Below are positions 34,083-43,832 of a DNA stretch of 64,000 nucleotides, piece by piece. Source of the DNA: an uncultured Gemmatimonadales bacterium. Lineage in GTDB: Bacteria > Gemmatimonadota > Gemmatimonadetes > Gemmatimonadales > GWC2-71-9. A program made the position numbers and the translations under genes. The notes beneath the pieces were generated by a model. The model ran no database searches. It had not been told where the DNA came from and saw nothing but the letters and a program-made list of their open reading frames with translations. The DNA lies in assembly GCA_963728915.1 (NCBI GenBank), contig CAVSLV010000001.1, forward strand, positions 800,001 to 864,000, given 5' to 3'. Each line of letters begins with the position of its first letter. The first letter of the stretch is position 1.

Positions 34083-36075
34083 CTAGAGGTAGTAGTCAAA
34101 GTCTCTTTCGGTGCGAAGCCGCCGCCGCAACTGGAAGATGTGCGCCGGCATGCTGGCTGGGTCGAGGGCGACATAGTTCCGGGCGCCCTGCCACACGAAG
34201 CGCGCACCGGTCAGAAGGTCATGGACCTGATAGGGCTGGTGGGGATCCAGGCCAAAACGCTCGAGCGGCAGGGTGAGCCAGCCTGAATGCGCATGATGCG
34301 GATCCAGATTGACGACCGCGAGCACCTGGTTCGAGCGATCCGCCGTGGTCTTGCTGTAGGCGATGAGCTGCTCATTGTCCACCACGTGGAAGGCGAGCGA
34401 TTCATTCCGGTGGAGCGCGGGGTTCTCTCGACGGATCCGATTCACCCTCGCAATCAGGTCCTTGAGGCTGTCCTTCCTGTCCAGCTCCCAGTGCCGGAGC
34501 TCGTATTTCTCCGAGGCCAGGTACTCCTCGCTTCCCGGCTCGCGGGCCCGGTTCTCCTGCAGCTCGAAGGCGGGTCCATAGATGCCGTAGCTCGAGGCGA
34601 GGGTCGCCGCGAGAACGAGTCTCGCGGCGAAGGCGCCACGCCCGCCGAACTGCAGCGCCTCGGTCAGGATGTCGGGCGTATTGGGCCAGAAGTTGGGGCG
34701 AAAGAAATCCCGCACCGGAGCCGCGGTCAGCTCGGTCAGGTACTCGGTCAGCTCCTCCTTGGAATTCCGCCAGGCGAAGTACGTATAGGACTGGGAGAAG
34801 CCGAGCTTGGCCAGCTGATACATCACCTTGGGCCGGGTGAACGCCTCGGAGAGAAAGATCACCTCCGGGTGGTCGCGACGGACCTGGCCGATCACCCATT
34901 CCCAGAACGCAAACGGCTTGGTGTGAGGGTTGTCGACCCGAAACATCCGCACGCCCTGAGCGACCCAGTACAGGATGACCTCCTTCAGCTCATCCCACAG
35001 GGCCTGCCAATCCCCGGGCTTCGAAATAGAGGGGGAAGATGTCCTGGTATTTTTTGGGTGGATTCTCGGCGTATTGAATGGTGCCGTCGGGACGCCGCCG
35101 GAACCACTCGGGATGCTCCCGCACCCAGGGGTGATCGGGTGAACACTGGTAGGCGAGGTCGAGAGCCAGCTCGAGGCCGTGCTCTCGTGCCTTCCCGAGC
35201 AGACAGCGGAAATCGTCGAGGGTGCCAAGGCTGGGGTGAATCGCGGTGTGCCCCCCTTCGCTGGCGCCGATCGCCCACGGGCTGCCCACGTCTTCCGGCG
35301 TCGCGATCGGATCGTTGTTGCGGCCCTTCCGATGGGTGTGTCCGATGGGGTGAACAGGGGGCAGATAGAGAACGTCGAACCCCATTGCCGCCACGTAGGG
35401 AAGACGGGCAATACAGTCCTTGAGCGTTCCATGTTTTCCAGGCTCGCTCGAGGCGGATCGTGGAAACATCTCGTACCACGCGCTGAACCGGGCCCGTTCC
35501 CGCTCGACCAGAATCTGCACCTCCCGCGGATAGCGGGTGGCGGTGGTTCGGTCGGGCCAGCGATCGACCAGGTCCGCCAGCTCCGGAGAGAGCGCCGGGG
35601 AGAACCGCTCGTCTCCTTCTTCCCCGGACGCCCGTTCCAGATTCGTGGCCCATTGCTCCAGTTGCCGAGCATCCGTCCCGCTGGCGCGGTCCACCGCCCT
35701 GGCCACCAGCTCGGCGCCGATCCGAAGGTCCATACCCGTGGCGGCGCTGGAAGCGACGCGCTTCCGAAGGTCACGGAGCCAGGTCCGGAACGGGTCGACC
35801 CAGGCTTCGATGGTGTACTGATAGGACTCCAGCGTCTCAATCAGAAATTCCGCGCGCCAGAGGTCGTTGGGGAGGGGCTCCATCGAGACCTCCTGCCACT
35901 CGACGGTGCCGGCCTTTCGGAAGACAAGGACGGCTCGAACCACATCGTGGCCCTCGGCGAAGACATCGGCGGTGACGACCACCCGATCTCCGACAATCGC
36001 CTTCGAAGGGAAACGCCCGCAATCCACCTCGGGGCGAACCCGCTCAATGACGACGCGCGAAGGAGCCCTGTCCAT
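34083..36075 (-). pseudogene. glgE: Alpha-1,4-glucan:maltose-1-phosphate maltosyltransferase, split by one frameshift
   Basis: AWYEMFPRS, YLPPVHPIG, YAENPPKKYQDI in one frame; FRVDNPHTKP, FLSEAFTRP, NFWPNTPDIL in the next; extra base at 35012-35018. Confidence 0.9.
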
Positions 36076-36136
36076 TTCGTATCCTAGCACATGTCACACC
36101 TGAGGCAACACCCGACCCTGCAGGGTCGACGGCCGA

Positions 36137-37966
36137 TCAGCAGAGGAAAATGAGGGCTCCAGGACGCGCGAACTCCAGAACGGCGCCGGTCGTTGCGTGG
36201 AGAAGGTGGATTGGATGGGGGTTGGCCGTGAATTCAGAATCCTCCGTGGAGAGAGAAATCCGCCAGCTCGCAGCCGCTCCGCCAGAGGCCGGAAGCGCCA
36301 TTGGACCGGCTCCTCGCAGTCGCACGACCACCAGGGCCTCGCGACCACCCAGGATGTAGCGGAGGATGAGGCCGTCCTCTTCCAGGGGCTCGATCACAGC
36401 ATCGCGACCGGGACTGTCGCGGAAGAGCGGGTCCTCCCGTCGCAACCGGAGCAGGGCGCGGTGCAGATGGAGCACGCCCCGGTGCGGCAGGTCGGACCGA
36501 TATCCCCAGTCGAGGCGACACCGCTCGAACGTCTCGGGATCCTGCGGGTCGGGCGCGGCATCCGTGGTGATCCCGGCGATGTGCTGAAGATCGCGCCCCC
36601 GCCCCTCGGTCACCCGGCGGCCCAGCTCCGGTTCGTGATCGGTGAAATAGAGGAACGGCTCGGGAGCTGCCCACTCTTCTCCCATGAACAGCAGGGGGCT
36701 CTCCGGCGCGGTGAGCAGCAGAACGGTCGCGGCCCGAAAGGCCGCCGGATCAACCAGGTGATTGAGTCGTTCCCCAAGGGCCCGGTTACCCACCTGATCG
36801 TGGTTCTGCAGGAAGTTGACGAATCTCCGCGCAGGCATGCCAGCCGGATCGGTTCCCCGGAGACCTCCATAGTGTTCGGAATGCTGCCCTTGAAAGAGCC
36901 AGCCATCCCGGATCGCGGTTGCCAGGTCGGCCACCTGACCGGTGAAATCCCGGTAGTAGCCGCCTCGCTCCTCGGTGACGATGCGATGGACTTCATGGTG
37001 GAAGTCATCGCTCCAGACCGCATCCAGCCCATAACCGCCCTCCGCCGGTGATTTCACCAGGGCGGCCAGGTTCCGGTGATCCTCCGCCACCAGGAGCACG
37101 GGACGCTCAACTCCGCTGCGAATGCTCGACTCGAGCTCGGCCAGGAAATGACGGGGGCTTTCATCGACGAGGGCATGGGTTGCGTCGAGACGAAGGCCGT
37201 CAAGGTGGTACTCGGTGATCCACCGAAGGGCGTTTTCGATCAGAAAGTCCCGCACCGGCGCGCTTCGGGGGCCATCGAGATTCAAGGCAGGCCCCCACGG
37301 AGTCCGGTGCCGCGCGGAGAAGTAGTCGGGAGTGAACCGGCTCCAGTATGCTCCATCCGGCCCGACGTGGTTGTAAACCACGTCGAGCAGCACCGCGAGG
37401 CCGAGCCGATGTGACTCGTTCACCAGGCGGGCCAAGTCCTCGGGCCGGCCGTAGCGGTGCGCCGGAGCGAAGAGGTCGACGCCGTCGTAACCCCAGTTCC
37501 ATCGCCCCGGAAACTCGGCGACCGGCATGAGCTCGATTGCGGTGACCCCGAGGTCCACCAGCTCGCTGAGCTTGTCGGTCACGCCGGCGAACGTGCCCCT
37601 GGGAGTGAAGGTCCCGACGTGCAGCTCATACGTGACCAGACGCTCGAGCGGGACGCCCTGCCAGGCCTCGTCAGTCCAGCGAAGACTCGCCGGATCGACA
37701 ACTTCGGACGGGCCGTGCACCCCGGCGGGTTGGAATCGGCTTGCAGGATCGGGAAACGGCCCCGCGCCGTCGAGTCGGAAGCGGTAGAGATCGCCAGGGC
37801 TGGACCCCTCGGCAAAACAGCCGAAAAATCCGCCCGCCTGCGGGCGCATCGCGAGGATAGCGCCGTGTGGGGGATTCTCGAGGCAGACCTCGACCGTCGT
37901 GCAGGCGGGCGCCCACACCACAAAACTCACCCCGCCCGGCAGGCACGACGCACCGATCCGTCGCGT
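36137..37966 (-). CDS. treZ: Malto-oligosyltrehalose trehalohydrolase
   Basis: DPASRFQP, YELHVGTF, NWGYDGV, DVVYNH, LRLDATH, QNHDQVGNR; start inferred at ACG 37966. Confidence 0.93.
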   Translation of the reverse strand, partial: TRRIGASCLPGGVSFVVWAPACTTVEVCLENPPHGAILAMRPQAGGFFGCFAEGSSPGDLYRFRLDGAGPFPDPASRFQPAGVHGPSEVVDPASLRWTDEAWQGVPLERLVTYELHVGTFTPRGTFAGVTDKLSELVDLGVTAIELMPVAEFPGRWNWGYDGVDLFAPAHRYGRPEDLARLVNESHRLGLAVLLDVVYNHVGPDGAYWSRFTPDYFSARHRTPWGPALNLDGPRSAPVRDFLIENALRWITEYHLDGLRLDATHALVDESPRHFLAELESSIRSGVERPVLLVAEDHRNLAALVKSPAEGGYGLDAVWSDDFHHEVHRIVTEERGGYYRDFTGQVADLATAIRDGWLFQGQHSEHYGGLRGTDPAGMPARRFVNFLQNHDQVGNRALGERLNHLVDPAAFRAATVLLLTAPESPLLFMGEEWAAPEPFLYFTDHEPELGRRVTEGRGRDLQHIAGITTDAAPDPQDPETFERCRLDWGYRSDLPHRGVLHLHRALLRLRREDPLFRDSPGRDAVIEPLEEDGLILRYILGGREALVVVRLRGAGPMALPASGGAAASWRISLSTEDSEFTANPHPIHLLHATTGAVLEFARPGALIFLC

Positions 37967-38006
37967 GGCTCCTCCAGGTCAGGAGACCGTAAGGGTGAGC
38001 CCGGAG

Positions 38007-38633
38007 TCACACCCATTCGCGTTTCGGCGCCGGATCGACCCGAAGGCCCGACCATACCACCCGGTGAAACAGGTCGTCCATCTCCGCTGGACTCGCGTGC
38101 AATCCTTCCTCGACCCACCGGCTGAGCCAACTGATGATCATGCCGGCGTATCCGACCGAGATCGCCTCCCGCTCGGCGGGGGTGAGCGCCCCGTGGCTCA
38201 GGGTGGTGAGCCGGCCCTCGATGCCTCGCGCGAAATGCTCGCGGGCGAGGGCCATGTTCTGGTGGAACAGATCGGACGCACGAAGTCGAGCGACGAAGTC
38301 CTTCATCTGTGCGACGTGCTCGAAAAACTCCCGAACCGGAAAGACCCGGTTGGACCGGTCTCCCTGCGCCGTCAGGGCGTGGGCCAGGCCGTGGAAGAAC
38401 TCGCCAGCGTCGCTGGCAAAGAGGTCCTCCTTGTCCCGGAAATGATGATAGAAGGTGGACCGGCTCACTCCGGCTCGATCGAGCACGTCCTGCACCGTGA
38501 TGTCGTCGAACCGCTTCTCCTGCATGAGGGCGATCAAGGCATCGCCCAGGGCGTCGCGACTCCGGCGCGCCCGGGCGTCCAGGCGACCCTTGTCCGGAAA
38601 GACGCGCACCGGGACGGCTCGATTTCCTGACAT
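38007..38633 (-). CDS. TetR/AcrR family regulator
   Basis: ITVQDVLDRAGVSRSTFYHHFRDKEDL. Confidence 0.92.
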   Translation of the reverse strand: MSGNRAVPVRVFPDKGRLDARARRSRDALGDALIALMQEKRFDDITVQDVLDRAGVSRSTFYHHFRDKEDLFASDAGEFFHGLAHALTAQGDRSNRVFPVREFFEHVAQMKDFVARLRASDLFHQNMALAREHFARGIEGRLTTLSHGALTPAEREAISVGYAGMIISWLSRWVEEGLHASPAEMDDLFHRVVWSGLRVDPAPKREWV

Positions 38634-38734
38634 CAAAGGCCCTTTTGTTCGAGAACTCCGGGTATTCGTGGCGGGATGCTGGCCAACGTGCCCGGAGCAG
38701 AATAATCTGATCCACTCTCTCTCAAAGGATTCCC

Positions 38735-39142
38735 GTGCCGGCAGGAACGTCTTCGGGCCTCGTAGCCTTGCTGCTCCTCGCTTCGGGCCTCGCGGGACCC
38801 GCTGCTCCTCGCTCGAGCTCGGTCGCAGATCCGATCTCGGGAACCTGGGATGTCACCTTCCACGTGGAGGGATACCCCCCGACCCCCGCGACGTTCGAGC
38901 TCAAGTTGAACCGAACCAGACTGACGGGCACCATTCAGTCCGAGCATACCGGATCGGGAGATGTCACTGAAGGGTCCTGGGAACGCGGCAAGCTTTCCTT
39001 CGTGGCGGTCTTCAAGAACCACGAGTCCATCGCCGTCACGGGGACGCTCGCGGACGGGAACCTTGCGGGGGAGTTTACCACCGAGGGATTCACGGCCAAG
39101 TGGGAGGCGGTCAAGCGCCCCAAGGCATCTACTCGCCCCTGA
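38735..39142 (+). CDS. Hypothetical secreted beta-rich protein
   Basis: Signal peptide then DPISGTWDVT; divergent from the TetR gene. Confidence 0.7.
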   Translation: MPAGTSSGLVALLLLASGLAGPAAPRSSSVADPISGTWDVTFHVEGYPPTPATFELKLNRTRLTGTIQSEHTGSGDVTEGSWERGKLSFVAVFKNHESIAVTGTLADGNLAGEFTTEGFTAKWEAVKRPKASTRP

Positions 39143-41753
39143 GCACCTGCACCGGGTCGATCCGGGTGGCCCGATGGGCCGGGATCCAGCTCGCCGCAAT
39201 AGAAACCACCACCACCAGACCGGCCGTCGCCAGGATGGTGATTGGGTCGGTCGGTGAGACCTGAAACAACAAGGAACCGAGGAGCCGGGTGGTCAGTAGC
39301 GCTCCCACCGCTCCGATCACCAGGCCGATCGCGATCACGCCGAATCCACCGCGGATCACCAGGCCGAGGACATGGCCATCCGAGGCGCCGACGGCGCGCC
39401 GGACGCCGAACTCCCGCCGGCGCTGCGCCACTGAATAACTCAAGACTCCGTAGAGTCCCACCATGGCGAGCGCCAGCCCCAGGACACCAAGCAGAGTGAG
39501 CAACGCCATCGGGTAGCGGCGCCCGGCCAGGGAATGTCCAATTCGGTCCTCCATGGTGCCGACGTGGAGAAGGGGAAGGCCGCGATCAAGCCCGGCGACC
39601 GTGGTCGAGAGGTCGGGGAGCAGAGTCGGGCGGGATCCCTCATACTTGGCCACGATGGTCAGGTCCTCGGCCGTGCCTTCCTGGTCAGTCGAGAAGTACA
39701 CCAGGGGTCGCGGGGTGGCATCAAGGCTGATGGTATGAACGTCTCCCACCACCCCGACCACAGTGTATGCCGAATCCGGCTCTCGCCAGGCCACCTTGAG
39801 CTGGCGTCCGATGGCCGGTGCCTCTCCTCCCAGCATCCGGGCCAGGGCTTTGTTGACGATGAGCACCCGGTTGCCGCCGCGGCGGTCCCGGCTATCGAAA
39901 GAGCGTCCTTGCAGGAGGGGGATGCCCAGTACGGCGAAGTACCCGCCATCCACCTCGTTGACCTCGGTCACCGGGGCCTGCCCCGGAGCGGGCGGTGGCT
40001 CGCCCACGATCGCGAAACTCGTGGCTGGCTGGATGATCCTGAAGGGCAGAAAGGTCGACAGGCCCACGCGGGTGACCCCAGGGAGACCCTGGATACGGCG
40101 GGCCACTTCGTGGAAGAATGCCTCCCGCTTCTCGAGAGTCGGATAGTCGCGTCCGGGGAGCGCGATCTCGAAACTGATCACCCCGCGGGGATCGATCCCG
40201 GGATCCTGGCGCAGGACCTGGCGCAGGGAACGGATCGCCAGCCCCGCGCCGACCAGCAAGGTGAAGCAGAGCGCGACCTGGGCGACCACCAACCCATTCC
40301 GGAGCGCCCGGGCTCGCGGGTTAGGATCGGCGCCCCCGTGCCCCGCCAGGACCCCCTTGAGCCGGCCTTCCCGGATGACGGCGGCCGGCGCCAGCCCGAA
40401 CACCACTCCCGCCACCGTGGTGAGCAGCGCGGCAACGCCCAGCACCCGAAGATCCAGTCGCACTTCGCCGAGCCGGGGAATCTCGGAAATGCCGGAGCTG
40501 GTGAGCACATGCACCAGCACCGCCGCCAGTCCCACCCCGATTGTGCCACCCAGGAAGGCGAGCAGTAATCCTTCCACCAGCCACTGCCGGAGGACCTGCC
40601 CACGGGAAGCACCCAGCGCGGAACGCAGGGCCAGCTCACCACGACGCGAGATCGCCTGGCCGAGATGGAGATTGGCGACATTGGCGCACGCGACCAGGAG
40701 GACGAATCCGATCGCACCGCCGAGAAGCCAGAGGACCGGGCGCGCGCTCCCGGTCACTTCCTCGGCGAGGGGCAGGGCGCGGACGCTCCACCCGGCGTCA
40801 AAATCGGGAAACTCCTGCTCCAACCCCCTGGCGACGCTTCGCAGGTCGGCGTTGGCGGCATCCAGATCCCCCGCATTGCGGAGGCGCCCGATCGCCATGA
40901 CAAACCGACCCCGGGGGACGCGCGCCTGTGCCCCAATGGGAAACGGCTCCCAGAAGTCCTCGTCGGAGAGGGGCCGGAACCCGGCGGTCATGACACCAAT
41001 GACAACCGCCGGCGACTCCCGGGTGCGGATGGGCTTCCCGATCATCGAGCTGTCGGCATGGAACCGGCGAACCCAGACCGCGTGGCTCAGAAGGATCGCC
41101 ACCGGGGCATTCGGCACCGTGTCCTCCGGTGCGAATCCTCGACCCAAGAACGGCTGGACGCCGATCAGGGAGAGCAGGTTGCTCGTGATCCGCATGCCAC
41201 TCAGCTGTTCGGCGGGCTCGTCGGCCAGCGTCAGGCTGCTCCAGGTGTACAAACCGATATCGGAGAGCACCCGGCCCCGATCCCGCCAGAAGAGCACATT
41301 GGCCGGAGATAGAATATTCTGCCCCTCCGGCTTGGAACTCTTCACCTCCCGCAGCGAAACCAGTCGATCGGCCTCGGGGTAGGGCAGGGGACGCAACAGG
41401 ACCGGATCGAGCACGCTCCACAGCGCAGTGGTCGCCCCGAGACCCAGCGCCAGGGTGAGCGTCGTAGCGATGGCGAAGCCGGGACGGTGCGCAAGGGTGC
41501 GACCGGCATATCGAAGATCGCGGAGTATCCCCTCGAGCCAGCCGAAAGCCCAGACCGAACGCGACTGCTCGCGCAGGTGGGCGTCGTTGCCGAGACGCCG
41601 GCGGGCTTCCCCACGGGCTTCGGGTGGACTTGCCCCTCCGTGGGTCAGGTCTTCCTCCGCCATGGCGCGATGAACCCGAAGCTCCTCCGCCAGCTCCTCT
41701 TCATACCTGCGCCTCCCGAGATACCAGCCAATCCGGCGAAACCATCCGGGCAT
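39129..41753 (-). CDS. Duplicated MacB/FtsX-type orphan ABC permease (ADOP-like)
   Basis: EELAEEL..H N-terminal prefix, DLRYAGRTL, LLVACANVANL, RREFGVRRAVGA, IPAHRATRIDP. Confidence 0.9.
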   Translation of the reverse strand: MPGWFRRIGWYLGRRRYEEELAEELRVHRAMAEEDLTHGGASPPEARGEARRRLGNDAHLREQSRSVWAFGWLEGILRDLRYAGRTLAHRPGFAIATTLTLALGLGATTALWSVLDPVLLRPLPYPEADRLVSLREVKSSKPEGQNILSPANVLFWRDRGRVLSDIGLYTWSSLTLADEPAEQLSGMRITSNLLSLIGVQPFLGRGFAPEDTVPNAPVAILLSHAVWVRRFHADSSMIGKPIRTRESPAVVIGVMTAGFRPLSDEDFWEPFPIGAQARVPRGRFVMAIGRLRNAGDLDAANADLRSVARGLEQEFPDFDAGWSVRALPLAEEVTGSARPVLWLLGGAIGFVLLVACANVANLHLGQAISRRGELALRSALGASRGQVLRQWLVEGLLLAFLGGTIGVGLAAVLVHVLTSSGISEIPRLGEVRLDLRVLGVAALLTTVAGVVFGLAPAAVIREGRLKGVLAGHGGADPNPRARALRNGLVVAQVALCFTLLVGAGLAIRSLRQVLRQDPGIDPRGVISFEIALPGRDYPTLEKREAFFHEVARRIQGLPGVTRVGLSTFLPFRIIQPATSFAIVGEPPPAPGQAPVTEVNEVDGGYFAVLGIPLLQGRSFDSRDRRGGNRVLIVNKALARMLGGEAPAIGRQLKVAWREPDSAYTVVGVVGDVHTISLDATPRPLVYFSTDQEGTAEDLTIVAKYEGSRPTLLPDLSTTVAGLDRGLPLLHVGTMEDRIGHSLAGRRYPMALLTLLGVLGLALAMVGLYGVLSYSVAQRRREFGVRRAVGASDGHVLGLVIRGGFGVIAIGLVIGAVGALLTTRLLGSLLFQVSPTDPITILATAGLVVVVSIAASWIPAHRATRIDPVQVLRGE

Positions 41754-41763
41754 GGACGCCCCC

Positions 41764-42108
41764 TCAGGCGGGATGCAGGACGCTGCGAAGCGCCGCCACC
41801 ATCTGGTCGAACGCGGACATTTCCTGCTCCAGCTGACGGCGTCCGGCCCGGGTAAGCCGGTAGTAGCGGGCCCGGCGCCGGGTCGGGGTGAGCTTCCACG
41901 CCGCGCTCACGAACCCCCGCACCCGGAGCCGTTGCAGGGCCGGGTAGAGGGATCCCTCCTCGACCCGGAGGGCCTCGGCGGAGAGGCGCTGGATATGCTG
42001 GGCGATGCCGTAGCCGTGCCGGGGCCCGAGCAGCAGCGTCTTGAGAATCAGGAGGTCGAGGGTCCCGGGGAGCAGGTCGACCTTCAGGGAATCGCGTGGT
42101 TCCGCCAT
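41764..42108 (-). CDS. PadR family transcriptional regulator
   Basis: GTLDLLILKTL, HGYGIA, EEGSLYPAL, RRARYYRLT. Confidence 0.93.
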   Translation of the reverse strand: MAEPRDSLKVDLLPGTLDLLILKTLLLGPRHGYGIAQHIQRLSAEALRVEEGSLYPALQRLRVRGFVSAAWKLTPTRRRARYYRLTRAGRRQLEQEMSAFDQMVAALRSVLHPA

Positions 42109-42118
42109 CCGGGCACAT

Positions 42119-42150
42119 CCATAGTCTATCTATGGGTAGACAACCTATGG
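42119..42150. promoter_or_regulatory. Candidate PadR operator
   Basis: GTCTAtCtatgGgTAGAC (42124-42141) nested in CCATAG...CTATGG, just upstream of padR. Confidence 0.55.
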
Positions 42151-42236
42151 CGGAAGCGGGCGCCGGTCAAGCGGCCGACTGGCGGCGGGCCGCCGGGAGG
42201 GTACATTCGCTGCTCCCTTTCTCCGGATTCCTCGCC

Positions 42237-42629
42237 ATGCGCAGTCTGAGACTCCTGGGCGTGTTAGCGGTCACCCTGCCGGCCGGCTGGGCCTGCACCA
42301 GCCCGACCGACGGCGGAGGAGAGGTGACCTACGTCTTTGTCGGGAACTCGACCGATGCCGCCGTCCAGATCACCGTGTCCGGGCCCAACGATGCTGACGT
42401 CACCGAAACCCTCCAAGGCTCCACCGGGGGCGATACGTTCACCCTGCATCTGTCGCCGGGAGATCCGGTAACCTTCCATGCGGTCCAGGGGAGCCTCCAC
42501 GCCGATCTCACCTGTAATATCGACGCGAGTGTTGTCGGCAGTGACAACCTGGTGGCCAGCGTGCAGATTCTCGCCCAGGTGGGGACCGGCCAGCAGTTTC
42601 ATATGGAATGCGGCTCCGGGTGGCAGTGA
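42237..42629 (+). CDS. Hypothetical lipoprotein
   Basis: MRSLRLLGVLAVTLPAGWA-C. Confidence 0.7.
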   Translation: MRSLRLLGVLAVTLPAGWACTSPTDGGGEVTYVFVGNSTDAAVQITVSGPNDADVTETLQGSTGGDTFTLHLSPGDPVTFHAVQGSLHADLTCNIDASVVGSDNLVASVQILAQVGTGQQFHMECGSGWQ

Positions 42630-42664
42630 CCCGGCGCCGGCCCTGACGACGTGGCTCGCGGAAG

Positions 42665-43654
42665 TCAGGCGGCCGGCCGGGCCGCCGCTCGCGCCTCGCC
42701 CTGACGCACCCCCTCCAGCATTGCGGTTTCGGTATCCGGCCGGGGTTCCCCCCAGACCAGGAGGAGCGCCAGGATCCCGTAGATCGGCAGGTGTCCCACC
42801 AGCTCCCGCCAGCCCAGCAGCGGCAGGGTGAGGTTGAACGGCAGCCAGAGGACCAGGATCACCAATCGCACGAACGCCCCTGATATCAGCAGGAGTCCGA
42901 AGGTCAGCTCGACCGTTGCCGCCATCAGGAGAAACTGCCGGTCGGTCACTCCGTTGATTCCCAGCGAATGCATGAAGTTGAAGGGGTGGTCGGCCAGGAA
43001 CGCGAGGCCGAGCGGCAGATTCCAGATCTTCTCGGTGAAGGCCAGCACCGCGATGCTCAAGCCGGTCAACACGCGAAGGGCAGGAACGGCATAGGGCAGG
43101 AGCTTCGGGATCGGCCGATGCAATCGCTGGAGCGCCATGTCGAACGCGAGTGGCCCCCGGCCGGTGACGAAGAGAAAGAACGCGATTCCCAGAAACAGGG
43201 TCTGCTCCAGCAGGCGGGTCGGGCCGAAACCGATCATCCCGACGACCCAGACCACAGCGAGCCCGATCGAAGCGAATCGGGTCAGCGCCCCATAGAGAAA
43301 GCAGAGCCCGATCACGATCTGGGCAAGACCGAGGACGCTTCCCAGAAAGGTCGACCCGAGCTCCAGATTGGGCACCAGGAGCCGGAGGCTCACCCCGCTG
43401 ACCAGCAGGGGAACCGCGGTGTGCAGGCCCAGCACAAGCGGCATCCAGGAAAGCAGGCGCTCATAGTTGGACCACGGCATACCGAGCTCGACCGGGCCGG
43501 GAACCAGTGGGCGATGTGCGCGGAGACGCCAGAGGACATTCGCCCCCACCGTAACGGTCACGGCGATCGCAAGGGGAATCCAGGTTTCCGGCGCCAAGAT
43601 CGTCAGGGGAAAGCCCTGATCTGAAACGAACCAGCGTTCGTGGAGCAGCGTCAT
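42665..43654 (-). CDS. DoxX-like integral membrane protein
   Basis: HERWF N-terminus, AFTEKI, VELTFGLLL, ELVGHLPIYG; multiple TM helices. Confidence 0.7.
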   Translation of the reverse strand: MTLLHERWFVSDQGFPLTILAPETWIPLAIAVTVTVGANVLWRLRAHRPLVPGPVELGMPWSNYERLLSWMPLVLGLHTAVPLLVSGVSLRLLVPNLELGSTFLGSVLGLAQIVIGLCFLYGALTRFASIGLAVVWVVGMIGFGPTRLLEQTLFLGIAFFLFVTGRGPLAFDMALQRLHRPIPKLLPYAVPALRVLTGLSIAVLAFTEKIWNLPLGLAFLADHPFNFMHSLGINGVTDRQFLLMAATVELTFGLLLISGAFVRLVILVLWLPFNLTLPLLGWRELVGHLPIYGILALLLVWGEPRPDTETAMLEGVRQGEARAAARPAA

Positions 43655-43832
43655 CTCCGCCTCTGAAGAGACCGGGCCGCCTGACCAGGGCTACACCCCA
43701 TCAACGGGGGAACATAGCGATCCGGTATCTCCGCGCTGCTCGACCGAGAGGCCCCTCGTTCCGGAAGGGAGCGGTTTGCGCCATGGCGACCAACCGGCCA
43801 TTTTGCGAACGTCCTCGATGGAGCCTGTCACC

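Noticed and set aside
34990..34992. Selenocysteine or readthrough at the TGA ending the glgE 5' half
   Set aside because: The homologous sequence continues in a different frame, so this is a frameshift and not readthrough
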